Shown here piece after piece: positions 20,619 to 30,128 of a stretch of 64,000 bases of DNA. How positions within the stretch are numbered: position 1 is the stretch's first letter; every line of letters begins with the position of its first letter. A program made the position numbers and the translations under genes. The notes below the pieces were generated by a model. It saw nothing but the letters and a program-made list of their open reading frames with translations, was not told the DNA's origin and searched no databases. The DNA comes from a virus, in the IMG/VR virus record IMGVR_UViG_3300025652_000043, positions 19,042-83,041 of that record; one strand, 5' to 3'.

Positions 20619-21289
20619 GATGTCAAATTTATTGGTATAAAATACTCATGATAAAATGGAACTTGTCTTACTACACTACCTACTTTAATATTAGTCATAT
20701 GATTGGTAAAAAATCCAACCATTAGACTAGCTATCATAGTAGCTGAGTGAGAAGTCTGTTTCATAGTACAATTTTCTTCTTCTACCTCTGAATCATCAAA
20801 TAAATGTTCATCAAAATATTCTCTAGCATTAGTAGGAGTGACACAAAAAATCTGCATTTGCTCCATTAATAGTCTACCGTCTATTAATATTGCATTAGGA
20901 TTTTCACTGTTATCTCTCCACCATACCTCAAACATTTCTTTTCTAGCTTTCATATTATCAAAAGCTGCAAACATGTATTCATGTCCCATTGACTCTAAAG
21001 TGAATGGTTCATTAAATATTGTGATATAGCTGTCAGAGTACTCTAACACAATATTTTTCAAAGCCTCAACTTTGTCTAGTCCTATATGTTTTTTTCCAAA
21101 TAATTGTCCACCTAAATTGTGCTGTTCAATTATATCAAAATCATATACAACAGGACTAAACCCTGCTCTGGCTAATAAGAAAGTTAACCAACTTCCTATT
21201 CCTCCTGCACCACCAATTAAGGTATTAATTTCCTCTTCAGGAAACCATGGTGCATCTTTAAATCTACTTCTTATTTCTGTCTTATTCAT
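20615..21289 (-). CDS. E1/ThiF-family adenylyltransferase (Ubl-activating enzyme-like)
   Basis: GAGGIGS, DFDIIEQHNLGGQ, DNMKAR, IDGR; candidate catalytic Cys174 (EENCT); no CxxC zinc motifs. Confidence 0.92.
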   Translation of the reverse strand: MNKTEIRSRFKDAPWFPEEEINTLIGGAGGIGSWLTFLLARAGFSPVVYDFDIIEQHNLGGQLFGKKHIGLDKVEALKNIVLEYSDSYITIFNEPFTLESMGHEYMFAAFDNMKARKEMFEVWWRDNSENPNAILIDGRLLMEQMQIFCVTPTNAREYFDEHLFDDSEVEEENCTMKQTSHSATMIASLMVGFFTNHMTNIKVGSVVRQVPFYHEYFIPINLTS

Positions 21290-22457
21290 GTACTGCTAAT
21301 TTTGTAAGCATTGCTTCTAAAGACATTTTAAGTGGTGCACATATTGGATACACACCCTCAAAATCCTCTAATATTGCCATTACTCCTATTGTTGTATCAA
21401 TAAAAACTTCTGTGTTAATCTCTCCAAATACATCCCAAAACTTTTCAAATAGTGCTGGATACATTATTAGAACTTTATTAATATATTCTTCTGAATGTAC
21501 CATGCCTAAAGTATTTTCAAGTGTATCCTCTAAATCTTCTCTATCATTTATAGGAAGATTACCTAGATTTATTACATTTTGTAAAAAACTTTCCATTCTT
21601 TTTTCTTTAATTTGTACATCAGGTGTCATGGAAAAAGAGTTGTTCCACATATCAGCATCTAAATCTTCCATTTCTTTATCCATCATAGCATCATTAGATC
21701 TAAACCCATTAAAATTACCTGGACTTACATAAGGATTTACTTTTGAAAATGGATTTAAAAGCTTTTGACTTTCAAATTGTTTTACATTTTTTTTAAAAAC
21801 TTTTTGCTTTAAATTAGAAGCATTAATAATCTCTAAAGTTCTATCAGCAAAATCTTTAGGAACTTTAACAAATGTCTTAGGTTCACTAATTTTACAATCA
21901 AAATGAAACATAACTTGTCTTTCTTTTTTCAAAGTTAAATCCCATGGTTGTCCTGCTTCATCTTTACATTCATAAGCTTTTATAGTACCTCTAAAAGCAA
22001 CTTTTGCTACTTTCTCTCCTCTATTATTCACTACTAATGATAGATAATAATTGTGAAATTCAGTATTATCATCTAATTCATCCATATCAGTTCCAGAAAA
22101 ATAACTTTTCATATTATGATGGGAGTGAATCATTCCAATTTTCCAAGCTAAAGTTTCAGGATTATCCATTCTATATGAAATAAAATTTTCTCCTAATTCA
22201 TATCCTGTTGCACCTGTAGTACCTTTATCCATAGGGTATACATCTTGTACAACAAGTTTCATCTTACTAAAATTGGTTATACTACCCTCTACAGTATAAA
22301 ATAAAACTCCTGACCATTCTACTTTATTAATTTTCTGGCATAAATAGTCTATTTTTTCTTGTACTTTCTTTGGTATTTTCAATGGTATCAAGTTGTTCAA
22401 TAATATATCTTCTAATTCTACTTTTTTGAATTTTTGATTCAATTCTTTTTGTGACAT
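21282..22457 (-). CDS. JAB/JAMM metallopeptidase with C-terminal extension
   Basis: EWSG followed by IHSHHNMKSYFSGTD, an exact E...HxH-x7-S-x2-D JAMM consensus. Confidence 0.9.
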   Translation of the reverse strand: MSQKELNQKFKKVELEDILLNNLIPLKIPKKVQEKIDYLCQKINKVEWSGVLFYTVEGSITNFSKMKLVVQDVYPMDKGTTGATGYELGENFISYRMDNPETLAWKIGMIHSHHNMKSYFSGTDMDELDDNTEFHNYYLSLVVNNRGEKVAKVAFRGTIKAYECKDEAGQPWDLTLKKERQVMFHFDCKISEPKTFVKVPKDFADRTLEIINASNLKQKVFKKNVKQFESQKLLNPFSKVNPYVSPGNFNGFRSNDAMMDKEMEDLDADMWNNSFSMTPDVQIKEKRMESFLQNVINLGNLPINDREDLEDTLENTLGMVHSEEYINKVLIMYPALFEKFWDVFGEINTEVFIDTTIGVMAILEDFEGVYPICAPLKMSLEAMLTKLAVHE

Positions 22458-23499
22458 AATCTTTTATTGTTTTAGTTATGAAGAAAGGTTTAACTGTTTC
22501 TTCATTTGGAATTACTTTAAATTTTTTTATTTCTCCTTTAAATATGAAATCAAAATTTCTATATTCTTCTTCTTCAGACATGTAATAAGAAAGGTCTTTA
22601 GGTATATTTCTATAAGTATAGTAATTACCTTTACTGTCTTTTTGTGCAATATGATCAGGTGGATAATCACCATTATGGTCATATATTTTAAGATACTCTT
22701 CAAAAGCAGTATCTTGAGCTATTTTAACATTATCTCTTGTGATTATAAAGTTAATATTAGATGTTCCTTTCTTTTCAATAAGGTCTATATAATATTTTCT
22801 TATATGTTGTGGAGAAACATTTCTACATTCTCCTCCACCTATTACATTAGCAATTTTTATATGTGGTGTACCTTCTAAAGATTCCCAATTTAAATACTCT
22901 TCTAATTGCATTAGAAATAATTTAAATATGTCTGGTTTAAAACCAGAAGACAACATTGTTAATACTTGTCTAATTTCACTTGTACCTAAACAAAATGAAT
23001 TAAATGTTAATCCACTCTTACCTTCTAAAGGAAAGTAACTTTTATAGTTTCTTGATGGTAAATGGCTGTGCTGATAAGAAGAAAATATTTCTCCTTCTGT
23101 AGCTGTCATTCTTTTACCTTGAAAACTATGAAAAGTAAATCCGTTATTATGACTATAAGGTAAAAGCTTAATATATAAATCAACAATTTTATGTCTCATT
23201 CCAGGAGAATTAGTAATATTAATCTCAGGAAAATATAAAATAAAATCTAAAGTAAAATACCTTTCTTTGTCAACTATTAAACCCTCATTTGCATTGACTT
23301 TTTTATTGTACCTTAACAAGATATCCCATTTTTCAGGATATACAGCATCTAAACAAGATGCTATTGAGTCAATTTTCTCATTGACTCCTTTATAATTTAA
23401 ACTAAGTTTACCATATTTCTCTATGGCTTTAACAGACCTAATCTTTTTCTCAATAGAAGACCTGTTAAATGCTTCTATATAAATATCTTTTCTGTTCAT
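22327..23499 (-). CDS. Putative prokaryotic E2 (Ubl-conjugating) domain protein
   Basis: YQHSHLP (H144/H146) then FCLG (C170), resembling the E2 His...CL(G/D) signature; lies between the Ubl and JAB genes. Confidence 0.6.
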   Translation of the reverse strand: MNRKDIYIEAFNRSSIEKKIRSVKAIEKYGKLSLNYKGVNEKIDSIASCLDAVYPEKWDILLRYNKKVNANEGLIVDKERYFTLDFILYFPEINITNSPGMRHKIVDLYIKLLPYSHNNGFTFHSFQGKRMTATEGEIFSSYQHSHLPSRNYKSYFPLEGKSGLTFNSFCLGTSEIRQVLTMLSSGFKPDIFKLFLMQLEEYLNWESLEGTPHIKIANVIGGGECRNVSPQHIRKYYIDLIEKKGTSNINFIITRDNVKIAQDTAFEEYLKIYDHNGDYPPDHIAQKDSKGNYYTYRNIPKDLSYYMSEEEEYRNFDFIFKGEIKKFKVIPNEETVKPFFITKTIKDYVTKRIESKIQKSRIRRYIIEQLDTIENTKESTRKNRLFMPEN

Positions 23500-23513
23500 T
23501 TTTTTATTTTAAA

Positions 23514-23548
23514 TAAAAAGCCAAAGACACTATATCTTTGGCTTTTAT
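23514..23548 (-). terminator. Intrinsic terminator between the Ubl-fusion and E2 genes
   Basis: aaaagccaaaga-cactata-tctttggctttt, followed by a T tract on the - strand. Confidence 0.75.
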
Positions 23549-23563
23549 GAGTTATAAATATTT

Positions 23564-24544
23564 CTATCTAACATCATTAAATTGACTTCTCATGTCTTGC
23601 AACTTTTGATTCAATTCATTTTGTTTTTTCTCTTCAGCTTCAGCTTTTTTTCTTTCTTCTTTTTCAGCTTTAGCTTTTAATTCAGCCTCCTCTTTAGCTA
23701 AAGCTTCTTTTAAAGCTATTGCAGCTTTTTCTTTAATCTTTTTAGCTTTCTTAGCTTCTTTTGCTAACTGTTTGGTCCAAATTTTAGTAGCCTTATTAAG
23801 CTTTTTTTCTAGTCTTTTAGTAATAGCTTCTATATCTTCATGTAAGTCTTCATCTAACTCACTAAAATTAACTACTCTAAGTAAAGAAATTGCATCAACT
23901 AAAGAGTCTAAACTAATATGAGAATTATCTTTAAAATGAGCTAAATTAACCTCCTTCTCTTCAGTTGTAGAAATTTTTTGAGCATTTTCCTTTACAGACT
24001 TAACAATATTAACAACTTTTTGAGCTTTTTCAATAATATTATTAATCCTAGTTTCTTCAATATCATCTTTTTTAGGCTTTTCAGCTTTCACCTTTTTAAC
24101 AGGTGTTTTCTTTACTTTTGGTGTAACTGATGTCATACCTAAATCTTCTAAAGCTGGTATTGTACCAGTATAGTTGCTTAATAATGCTCTTAAGATTTCT
24201 GTACCTTTAATGGTGTAATTTTTACCACCTCCATTAAAGTAGTCTTTAGCAGTTCCATCACCAGCCACAAGCTCTTTAATTGTAGCCCTAAGTTGCTTAT
24301 AACTATAAGCTGATACATCTGCACCAGCTTTAGTTTTTTTGTTCATTAGAAATAAGGTAAAACCTTCAGTAGGTAATACAGCTCCATCAGCTTCTAATGT
24401 TAACTTATTCTCTCCAATAACAGCTTTCATCTTGTTATAAGAAACATTATTTGCATCTAAATCATTTTGTAACTCACCCCAATTTTTGGCATCAGTGGTC
24501 ACTTCTTTTTCACCCATTTGGGTGGAGAAAACTTTTACTATCAT
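23564..24544 (-). CDS. Putative ubiquitin-like (beta-grasp) domain fused to a helical and Lys/Glu/Ala-rich coiled-coil tail
   Basis: First 74 aa show a beta-beta-alpha-beta-beta-beta pattern ending FTLFLMNKKTKAG, then low-complexity sequence; sits upstream of E2, JAB and E1. Confidence 0.6.
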   Translation of the reverse strand: MIVKVFSTQMGEKEVTTDAKNWGELQNDLDANNVSYNKMKAVIGENKLTLEADGAVLPTEGFTLFLMNKKTKAGADVSAYSYKQLRATIKELVAGDGTAKDYFNGGGKNYTIKGTEILRALLSNYTGTIPALEDLGMTSVTPKVKKTPVKKVKAEKPKKDDIEETRINNIIEKAQKVVNIVKSVKENAQKISTTEEKEVNLAHFKDNSHISLDSLVDAISLLRVVNFSELDEDLHEDIEAITKRLEKKLNKATKIWTKQLAKEAKKAKKIKEKAAIALKEALAKEEAELKAKAEKEERKKAEAEEKKQNELNQKLQDMRSQFNDVR

Positions 24545-24565
24545 CTATAAAATTTTTGTTTGTTA

Positions 24566-25624
24566 TTATTTTATTAATTTATTCTCTAACAAGAAGTTTG
24601 TTAGAGGTACTTTACCTTTATTTTTTATAAGGTCTGCAGGATCAGAAATTTTATCTCTTAATAGACTTGTTTTAAGATGAATACCCCTTGATTTTTTAGG
24701 GTAAACACTATTAATTTTATCTACTAATTTTTCTGAAGCAATTATTCCTGCTCTATCATTATCAAAAAATACTATAATCTCCTTAAATCTCTCTAGGAGT
24801 GGATACAATATTTCATCATTTGGGTACATTCCTTCATTTTGAAAAGCTATAACATTTAATCCTTGATTTTTAAGAATTCTCCAATCCTTATAAGATTTAG
24901 TTATTATTAATTGCTTTCCTTTTAAGGGTAAATTATTTAGTCCCCAAATATCATTTGCACAACAATTTGTAGCCCATTTACCTTTTCCTTTTTTATCAGG
25001 TGTATATATTTTAACTCTAGGATTAAAATTACCCACTAGATAAGACCTAGTTTGAGGTCTTATTACTACATGAGACCTTAATCTTTTAGAAAAAACTTTA
25101 TACCAAATTATAGGGAAGACATTATCTTCTATAAGGTCACTCCTACTAATTTCTAAAGGAGACCAGAAATCCTTATCTCCAAGAGAGTTAAACATTCTGA
25201 CTTTAAATGGCATTTCATGTGAGATTTTCTTTTTACTTTTTACTTGAATAATCTCTTTCTTTTTATTGGCAACATAATCAGAGTCATCATGATGACCTGC
25301 TAATAAATTTAGTTTAAAATGGTCATTAACTATTTCTAAAGATTTATAAAAAGATACTTCAAAATGGTCTTGTACCATATTAAAACAATCTCTATGTTTT
25401 CTTTTTTGAATAGGTTCTGCCCAATCTATAAACCAAAAAGTATTTTTATACCATTCAAAATAGCAATCAGGTAGGTTATCTTTTCTAAAAGGAGAATGAA
25501 CATATTGATGTTCTGTAGGCATATAACCTAATATCATTTTAAAAATGTCTTGTTGTGAAATTTTAGCTAATATATCCTCTTTAGATATATAAACTCTTGC
25601 TTCTCTATAACCATATCCACCCAT
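24566..25624 (-). CDS. DNA primase (TOPRIM, crAss-like)
   Basis: HSPFRKDNLPDC N-terminal region, IITKSYKD and FFDNDRAG, KISDPAD. Confidence 0.85.
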   Translation of the reverse strand: MGGYGYREARVYISKEDILAKISQQDIFKMILGYMPTEHQYVHSPFRKDNLPDCYFEWYKNTFWFIDWAEPIQKRKHRDCFNMVQDHFEVSFYKSLEIVNDHFKLNLLAGHHDDSDYVANKKKEIIQVKSKKKISHEMPFKVRMFNSLGDKDFWSPLEISRSDLIEDNVFPIIWYKVFSKRLRSHVVIRPQTRSYLVGNFNPRVKIYTPDKKGKGKWATNCCANDIWGLNNLPLKGKQLIITKSYKDWRILKNQGLNVIAFQNEGMYPNDEILYPLLERFKEIIVFFDNDRAGIIASEKLVDKINSVYPKKSRGIHLKTSLLRDKISDPADLIKNKGKVPLTNFLLENKLIK

Positions 25625-25652
25625 TATTGTCTTTGCTATTTATGTTAATATA

Positions 25653-25684
25653 AAAAGAGGTCAAGTATTAACTCAACCTCTTTC
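25653..25684 (-). terminator. Intrinsic terminator
   Basis: aaaagaggt...acctctttt imperfect hairpin after the 25696-26475 gene. Confidence 0.55.
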
Positions 25685-25695
25685 TACTTATTTTA

Positions 25696-26475
25696 TTACC
25701 AATCTCCACCATCAGAAGCTGATGCAGAACTTTGCATAGCAGCACCACCTGCTGATTGAGCTTCTTTTTGCTGATGAGCAAAATTAGATTCCATAAACCA
25801 TCCATTTCTAGTGAAAGGATGCTTATTTCCATCTGTGTCAACATACCTCAATGCAACTTCATTTAAAGCTGCTGCTGGGTTTTGTTGTTTCTCCCATTTA
25901 CCTACAGGAGCAATAGATGCTTGTAACCATCTACCATGCTTCATGTTCTTTGGAAACTCTAAATAAGTGTTCTTAGCTTCTCCACCAATTTGCCATTGCC
26001 ATACTCCAAAGCCATCAAGAGGCTTTGTAGCAAAGTCTTCAGGTAAAAGATTAGCTAAAATGTCACAAAAGTGTTTGAATCCACTTATTTGTGTTTGCAA
26101 AGCAGCTTGAATATCTGCTTTAGGTACAAAACAACCAACAATGTGAGTCAAAATTTGACTTAACAATTGTTTCTCTGCTGCAATAGCAGGATGATTAGGG
26201 TCAGTAACTTCTACTTGTCCCCCTGTAGCTTCATCTTTCACATAAGCTCTTGTGATAGGAAACTTTCTGTATCCTCTATCATTTCCATCAATAGTGAACA
26301 TGATGTCCATTGCTTCTAAATCTGCTCCATCTTTTCCACCATGCATAGTGTGTTGAAACTTGGTAAGTCTTACATTACCTGCATTTAAACCAAAGACAAA
26401 TGAACTCTCTTTAGCTTTATGCTCTGAAAAGCCATACCCTGACTGTGCAGGAGCTTTTGCGTTTGTATTATCCAT
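25696..26475 (-). CDS. Probable single-stranded DNA-binding protein
   Basis: Lies downstream of the Sak4-like ATPase; flexible Ala/Ser/Gly tail ending in acidic-aromatic DGGDW. Confidence 0.5.
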   Translation of the reverse strand: MDNTNAKAPAQSGYGFSEHKAKESSFVFGLNAGNVRLTKFQHTMHGGKDGADLEAMDIMFTIDGNDRGYRKFPITRAYVKDEATGGQVEVTDPNHPAIAAEKQLLSQILTHIVGCFVPKADIQAALQTQISGFKHFCDILANLLPEDFATKPLDGFGVWQWQIGGEAKNTYLEFPKNMKHGRWLQASIAPVGKWEKQQNPAAALNEVALRYVDTDGNKHPFTRNGWFMESNFAHQQKEAQSAGGAAMQSSASASDGGDW

Positions 26476-26531
26476 AAATTTTATTGAATTTATAAAGTTA
26501 TAAAATTATTTTTTACCAGTCTAATAGATGA

Positions 26532-26849
26532 TTAAAATTCATCTGAAATTTCTGGATCTTGAGCTATAAGTTCTGGTATTTCCATTACCTCTTCCATTAT
26601 TGGTTGTGGGTCTGTAAGCTCTGCTGTTCCAACTTCTTCAGTATCATCTATTAAGACAAATCCTGGGGCAGGAGTAGTTTTTCTTCCTTTCAATTTTTCA
26701 TGAGAAAATAAAGCTTTCATATCTTTTCCTGAAAGCTTGTACTTTGCTTGAATCATTGCTCTTGTTAGCCCATTTCCTAAATCAGCTAATACTCCACTTA
26801 CTGTTAACTGCACTGTTGTTGGTGCAGTATTTTCACTTAAATCTGACAT
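26532..26849 (-). CDS. Small HTH-like protein with acidic tail
   Basis: GLTRAMIQAKYKLSGKDMKALF helix pattern; acidic C-terminus. Confidence 0.5.
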   Translation of the reverse strand: MSDLSENTAPTTVQLTVSGVLADLGNGLTRAMIQAKYKLSGKDMKALFSHEKLKGRKTTPAPGFVLIDDTEEVGTAELTDPQPIMEEVMEIPELIAQDPEISDEF

Positions 26850-26879
26850 ATCTGTCTATTTTTAATATTAATTAATAAA

Positions 26880-27629
26880 TTATTGTTTTACTACTTCCTT
26901 TTTTGTTTCAACTCCATGGTTGTAGTTATGTAGAGCTTTTGCCACTGCACCTAAATCATTAAGAATATAAACATCCTCAAACATTCCAACAGGGGACTTT
27001 GCAGGGAATTGTCCATCAAAGTTGGTTACAAATGATTTTGTAACTTTCTTTTCTTTATCATCCCATTCTTGTTTCCCATAAAGAACTATTGTAAACAGTC
27101 CTTCTAAGGTCACTTTACTATCTAGCATTTTACCAATAGTTTTCATTTTATAGCTAGTTTGAAAACTATTCTCAATCACTTCTGAATGAGTAAGTACAAA
27201 GAAGTTTAAATCTTCTCTTCCCATAATTCCAGCATTGATTACATCATAAGCATTTTTGGCAAGTTTATTAAACTTATCAAAACCTGCTTTTAATGCATTA
27301 GCCATAAATTCTTCAGACATTAAATATTGATAATCATCAATAACAATGTTTTGAATATCAGGTCTATTTGCATTAACAAAGTTTATTACTTTGATAATGT
27401 CATAAGGATTAGAACTTCCTAAATAGTTTCCTATTTTAGGTGGTCCTTTACTTATGTCTACTGGTGTGTACTTATTTTTCCATCCTCTAAATGGAAGTGG
27501 TTTACTCTTTACATTAATTAGAAAAGTCTCTTCAGGCTTTAGACCCATAATACCTAGTTCAGGTATATGTCCTAAAGATGTGGTTTTTCCAAATCCACTC
27601 TCTGTTACTACTGCTACTGCATTTGACAT
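26880..27629 (-). CDS. P-loop ATPase, Sak4/AAA_24-like recombination protein
   Basis: ESGFGKTTS Walker A, IVIDD Walker B, AKSP motif. Confidence 0.82.
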   Translation of the reverse strand: MSNAVAVVTESGFGKTTSLGHIPELGIMGLKPEETFLINVKSKPLPFRGWKNKYTPVDISKGPPKIGNYLGSSNPYDIIKVINFVNANRPDIQNIVIDDYQYLMSEEFMANALKAGFDKFNKLAKNAYDVINAGIMGREDLNFFVLTHSEVIENSFQTSYKMKTIGKMLDSKVTLEGLFTIVLYGKQEWDDKEKKVTKSFVTNFDGQFPAKSPVGMFEDVYILNDLGAVAKALHNYNHGVETKKEVVKQ

Positions 27630-27643
27630 AAAATTTGTCTCTT

Positions 27644-28822
27644 TTAATAATCTCCATATCCATCTCTCTCTACCAATTCTTCAAACATATTAATGTTTCC
27701 TTTCATGATAGTTCTAAAGTGTATAGGACATTCAGTATCTCTACTTTCTACAAGGTGTATTGAGATATAATTTGGATATAATTCATCATTAGCTGTATTC
27801 TTAATCTGCAAACCAAAGTGCTTAGTAAGACCATATTTATCATCATTAGGATTCATCATTGTAAAGATATAATCTGCCTCCTCTGAAAGGTTTCCTGTCT
27901 CTTTAATGTCATCTCCTGTTGGATAAATAAACTCACTATTATACTTTAATCTTTGCACATCACTCATACCTCTGTTAAGGTGAATAATATCAATAAATGT
28001 GAAACCACACCAATTCCTAAATTCCACTTGATATTCAATCATTTTATCTACAGTCTGCTTCTTGTGAAAATTTCTTTCAGCTTTGAGCTTCCTTAAATGG
28101 TCTGTAATAATAATGGTGAATTTATTGGGGTTATTAGGTATCCAGGATTCTCTTTTCTCTTTCATCTCATAGAGTGGAGAGCCATCATGGTCTTTACCAA
28201 CTTCAATTTTGTAATGGGTTTTATTCCATGTACCATGTTGAGATGAGTATCTTCCTAGATAGTTTCTGATTCCTGTTGGATTATCTCTGACTTCTACAAA
28301 TTCAATTAAACCTTTTTCTAGTTGTTTGCCTTTTTGATCGTACTTACCAAAAAGAGGGATAATTTTATTATTGTATATTTCAAGGACAATTCTTTGATGC
28401 TCTTCTGATGGTATAATAACTTTATCTTCATTATCTCTCATTTTACCCTCAAGGTAATTTGGAGTTAAATCATATACTTCATTTTTCCAATCAAAAGTTG
28501 TAATTCCATAATCTCTTGCCATGAAGAAAGTTACATACTTAAACTCCTTCTTAACTCTACTTATTTCAAATGAAAAATATATCCATTCTACTTCTAAGTT
28601 TTTAGGGTTCCCCCTGTTCAATTCTTCTAGATAATATTCTGATGGACTTATAACAAAACCAAAATCAGTAAAGGTAGTTTTACCTACTTTTGGACCTGCT
28701 GCAATTCCATAGATTGCTTCTCTTTGAATACCTCCAACTAATCTATCTATTTTAGATATTCCTGTAGGTAAACCAAAGTTTAGACCTTTCAGTCCTTGTT
28801 GAAATCTATATTCAAAGTTCAT
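27644..28822 (-). CDS. DnaB-like (SF4) replicative helicase
   Basis: PTGISKID, AGPKVGKTT, FSFE, ITDH, HLNR, DIKETG...EEAD. Confidence 0.85.
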   Translation of the reverse strand: MNFEYRFQQGLKGLNFGLPTGISKIDRLVGGIQREAIYGIAAGPKVGKTTFTDFGFVISPSEYYLEELNRGNPKNLEVEWIYFSFEISRVKKEFKYVTFFMARDYGITTFDWKNEVYDLTPNYLEGKMRDNEDKVIIPSEEHQRIVLEIYNNKIIPLFGKYDQKGKQLEKGLIEFVEVRDNPTGIRNYLGRYSSQHGTWNKTHYKIEVGKDHDGSPLYEMKEKRESWIPNNPNKFTIIITDHLRKLKAERNFHKKQTVDKMIEYQVEFRNWCGFTFIDIIHLNRGMSDVQRLKYNSEFIYPTGDDIKETGNLSEEADYIFTMMNPNDDKYGLTKHFGLQIKNTANDELYPNYISIHLVESRDTECPIHFRTIMKGNINMFEELVERDGYGDY

Positions 28823-28823
28823 A

Positions 28824-29378
28824 TTATCTCATTTTACTACTTCTACCATCCACTGTACCTGAAACTTTAACTAGCTCAACATACTGTTCCAATAAACTCA
28901 CTCTACTAACTCCTGTACCCTCATAAATAAATTTATGAGCAGATTTTAAATATTGTGGGTCTGAAACAGTTTTGATATAGGCTTCAGTTGCAGCTTTTAC
29001 ATCTTGCATCCTTATTTCAGGGTTTTCTGCAAAAAACTTTTTCATTCTACTTACTACAGCAGATTTAGTTCCTTTTCTATCAGGATTTATCCTTCCAAAA
29101 GTTTCTCTAAATCCCTCAGTCCAAGCAAATGCTTCTTCTTTCTCTTCATTAAACAATGGAACTTTCCATTTTAAGGTATGTGGCTGTGAAGAGTTATCTT
29201 TATAAATTCTTTCCACTATACCTAAAGCATTAACTTGCTTTCTAGTTACTTCTGATATACTCTCTGTGTCTATGCCAAAATAAATGCCTAATAGATAAAG
29301 CTTTGCTTCACCTTTGTTGACTTTATATGAGCTTAAACTAGCAAGTATATCAGAGTTAATTGTTACTATTTTTGCCAT
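28824..29378 (-). CDS. Hypothetical replication-associated protein
   Basis: 184 aa immediately upstream of the helicase; role inferred from position only. Confidence 0.55.
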   Translation of the reverse strand: MAKIVTINSDILASLSSYKVNKGEAKLYLLGIYFGIDTESISEVTRKQVNALGIVERIYKDNSSQPHTLKWKVPLFNEEKEEAFAWTEGFRETFGRINPDRKGTKSAVVSRMKKFFAENPEIRMQDVKAATEAYIKTVSDPQYLKSAHKFIYEGTGVSRVSLLEQYVELVKVSGTVDGRSSKMR

Positions 29379-29823
29379 TTATTATTTTTATTAAAGGTTC
29401 AGGACTACAAATTCCATATCCTGCAGACATTACATCATTAATAGATAAACAAGGTTTATCCATTAAAACATATTCTTTAGCTTTTTCTACTGTTGAAAAT
29501 GCTTTATAAACACCAGGTTTCCTTTTTATCAAGTTAACATGACTTTTAGAAAAAGGTATACAATATTGATATTTAGCATTAATAACCCATGCAATCTTAT
29601 CACCTTCAAACACATCAACACCATCTTCTGTTATAAGTAATGGTTTTTCAGATATTTTATCATCGTCTTCTGAGCCTAAATGTAATTCAACTTCTGTTAT
29701 TTTTCCTTTCTTGTTAGTGTATGTCCAAGTATTCCAGAGTCCTTGTTCTTTATAAAAGGACTCTTTCATATCTTCTAAATCCTCTTCTGAAAAATATATT
29801 TTAACTTTCATCCTCTTCATCAT
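29356..29823 (-). CDS. Hypothetical protein (start may be 29811)
   Basis: ORF track; overlaps a small zinc-ribbon ORF at its 5' end. Confidence 0.55.
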   Translation of the reverse strand: MMKRMKVKIYFSEEDLEDMKESFYKEQGLWNTWTYTNKKGKITEVELHLGSEDDDKISEKPLLITEDGVDVFEGDKIAWVINAKYQYCIPFSKSHVNLIKRKPGVYKAFSTVEKAKEYVLMDKPCLSINDVMSAGYGICSPEPLIKIINGKNSNN

Positions 29824-29935
29824 ATCCTACTGGATTTTTAATTATTTCTCCACATTCACATTCTACTCTTGTTGGATTTTCTTTGTCTTTACCAAAATTA
29901 TCTCCACATGTGGGACATCTTAAATCTACTGCCAT
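29801..29935 (-). CDS. Small zinc-ribbon protein (44 aa), absent from the ORF track
   Basis: MAVDLRCPTCGDNFGKDKENPTRVECECGEII...: CxxC and CxC pairs. Confidence 0.65.
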   Translation of the reverse strand: MAVDLRCPTCGDNFGKDKENPTRVECECGEIIKNPVGYDEEDES

Positions 29936-29946
29936 ATCTCTTGTTT

Positions 29947-30126
29947 TTAATTGGTTATAATATAAGCCCTGTCATTAGGCTCAATTGTTATTGATAAATT
30001 TAATGGAATACCTTCAGCTCTTACCCTAACTCTATTTTTCCTGTCTATTCCATCTTCTACAACTACAGCTTTTCTTATAAGACCGTTGTCATTTACTTCT
30101 ACTAAATCTCCTTTTTTAAACTCCAT
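29947..30126 (-). CDS. Small SH3/KOW-like protein (59 aa), absent from the ORF track
   Basis: MEFKKGDLVEVNDNG...AVVVE...RVRV pattern; fills the gap between neighbours. Confidence 0.6.
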   Translation of the reverse strand: MEFKKGDLVEVNDNGLIRKAVVVEDGIDRKNRVRVRAEGIPLNLSITIEPNDRAYIITN

Positions 30127-30128
30127 GT

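Noticed and set aside
20615-21289. ThiF as a thiamine or molybdopterin biosynthesis auxiliary metabolic gene
   Set aside because: No thiS/thiG/moaD/moaE or sulfurtransferase genes nearby; the neighbours are JAB and E2-like genes.
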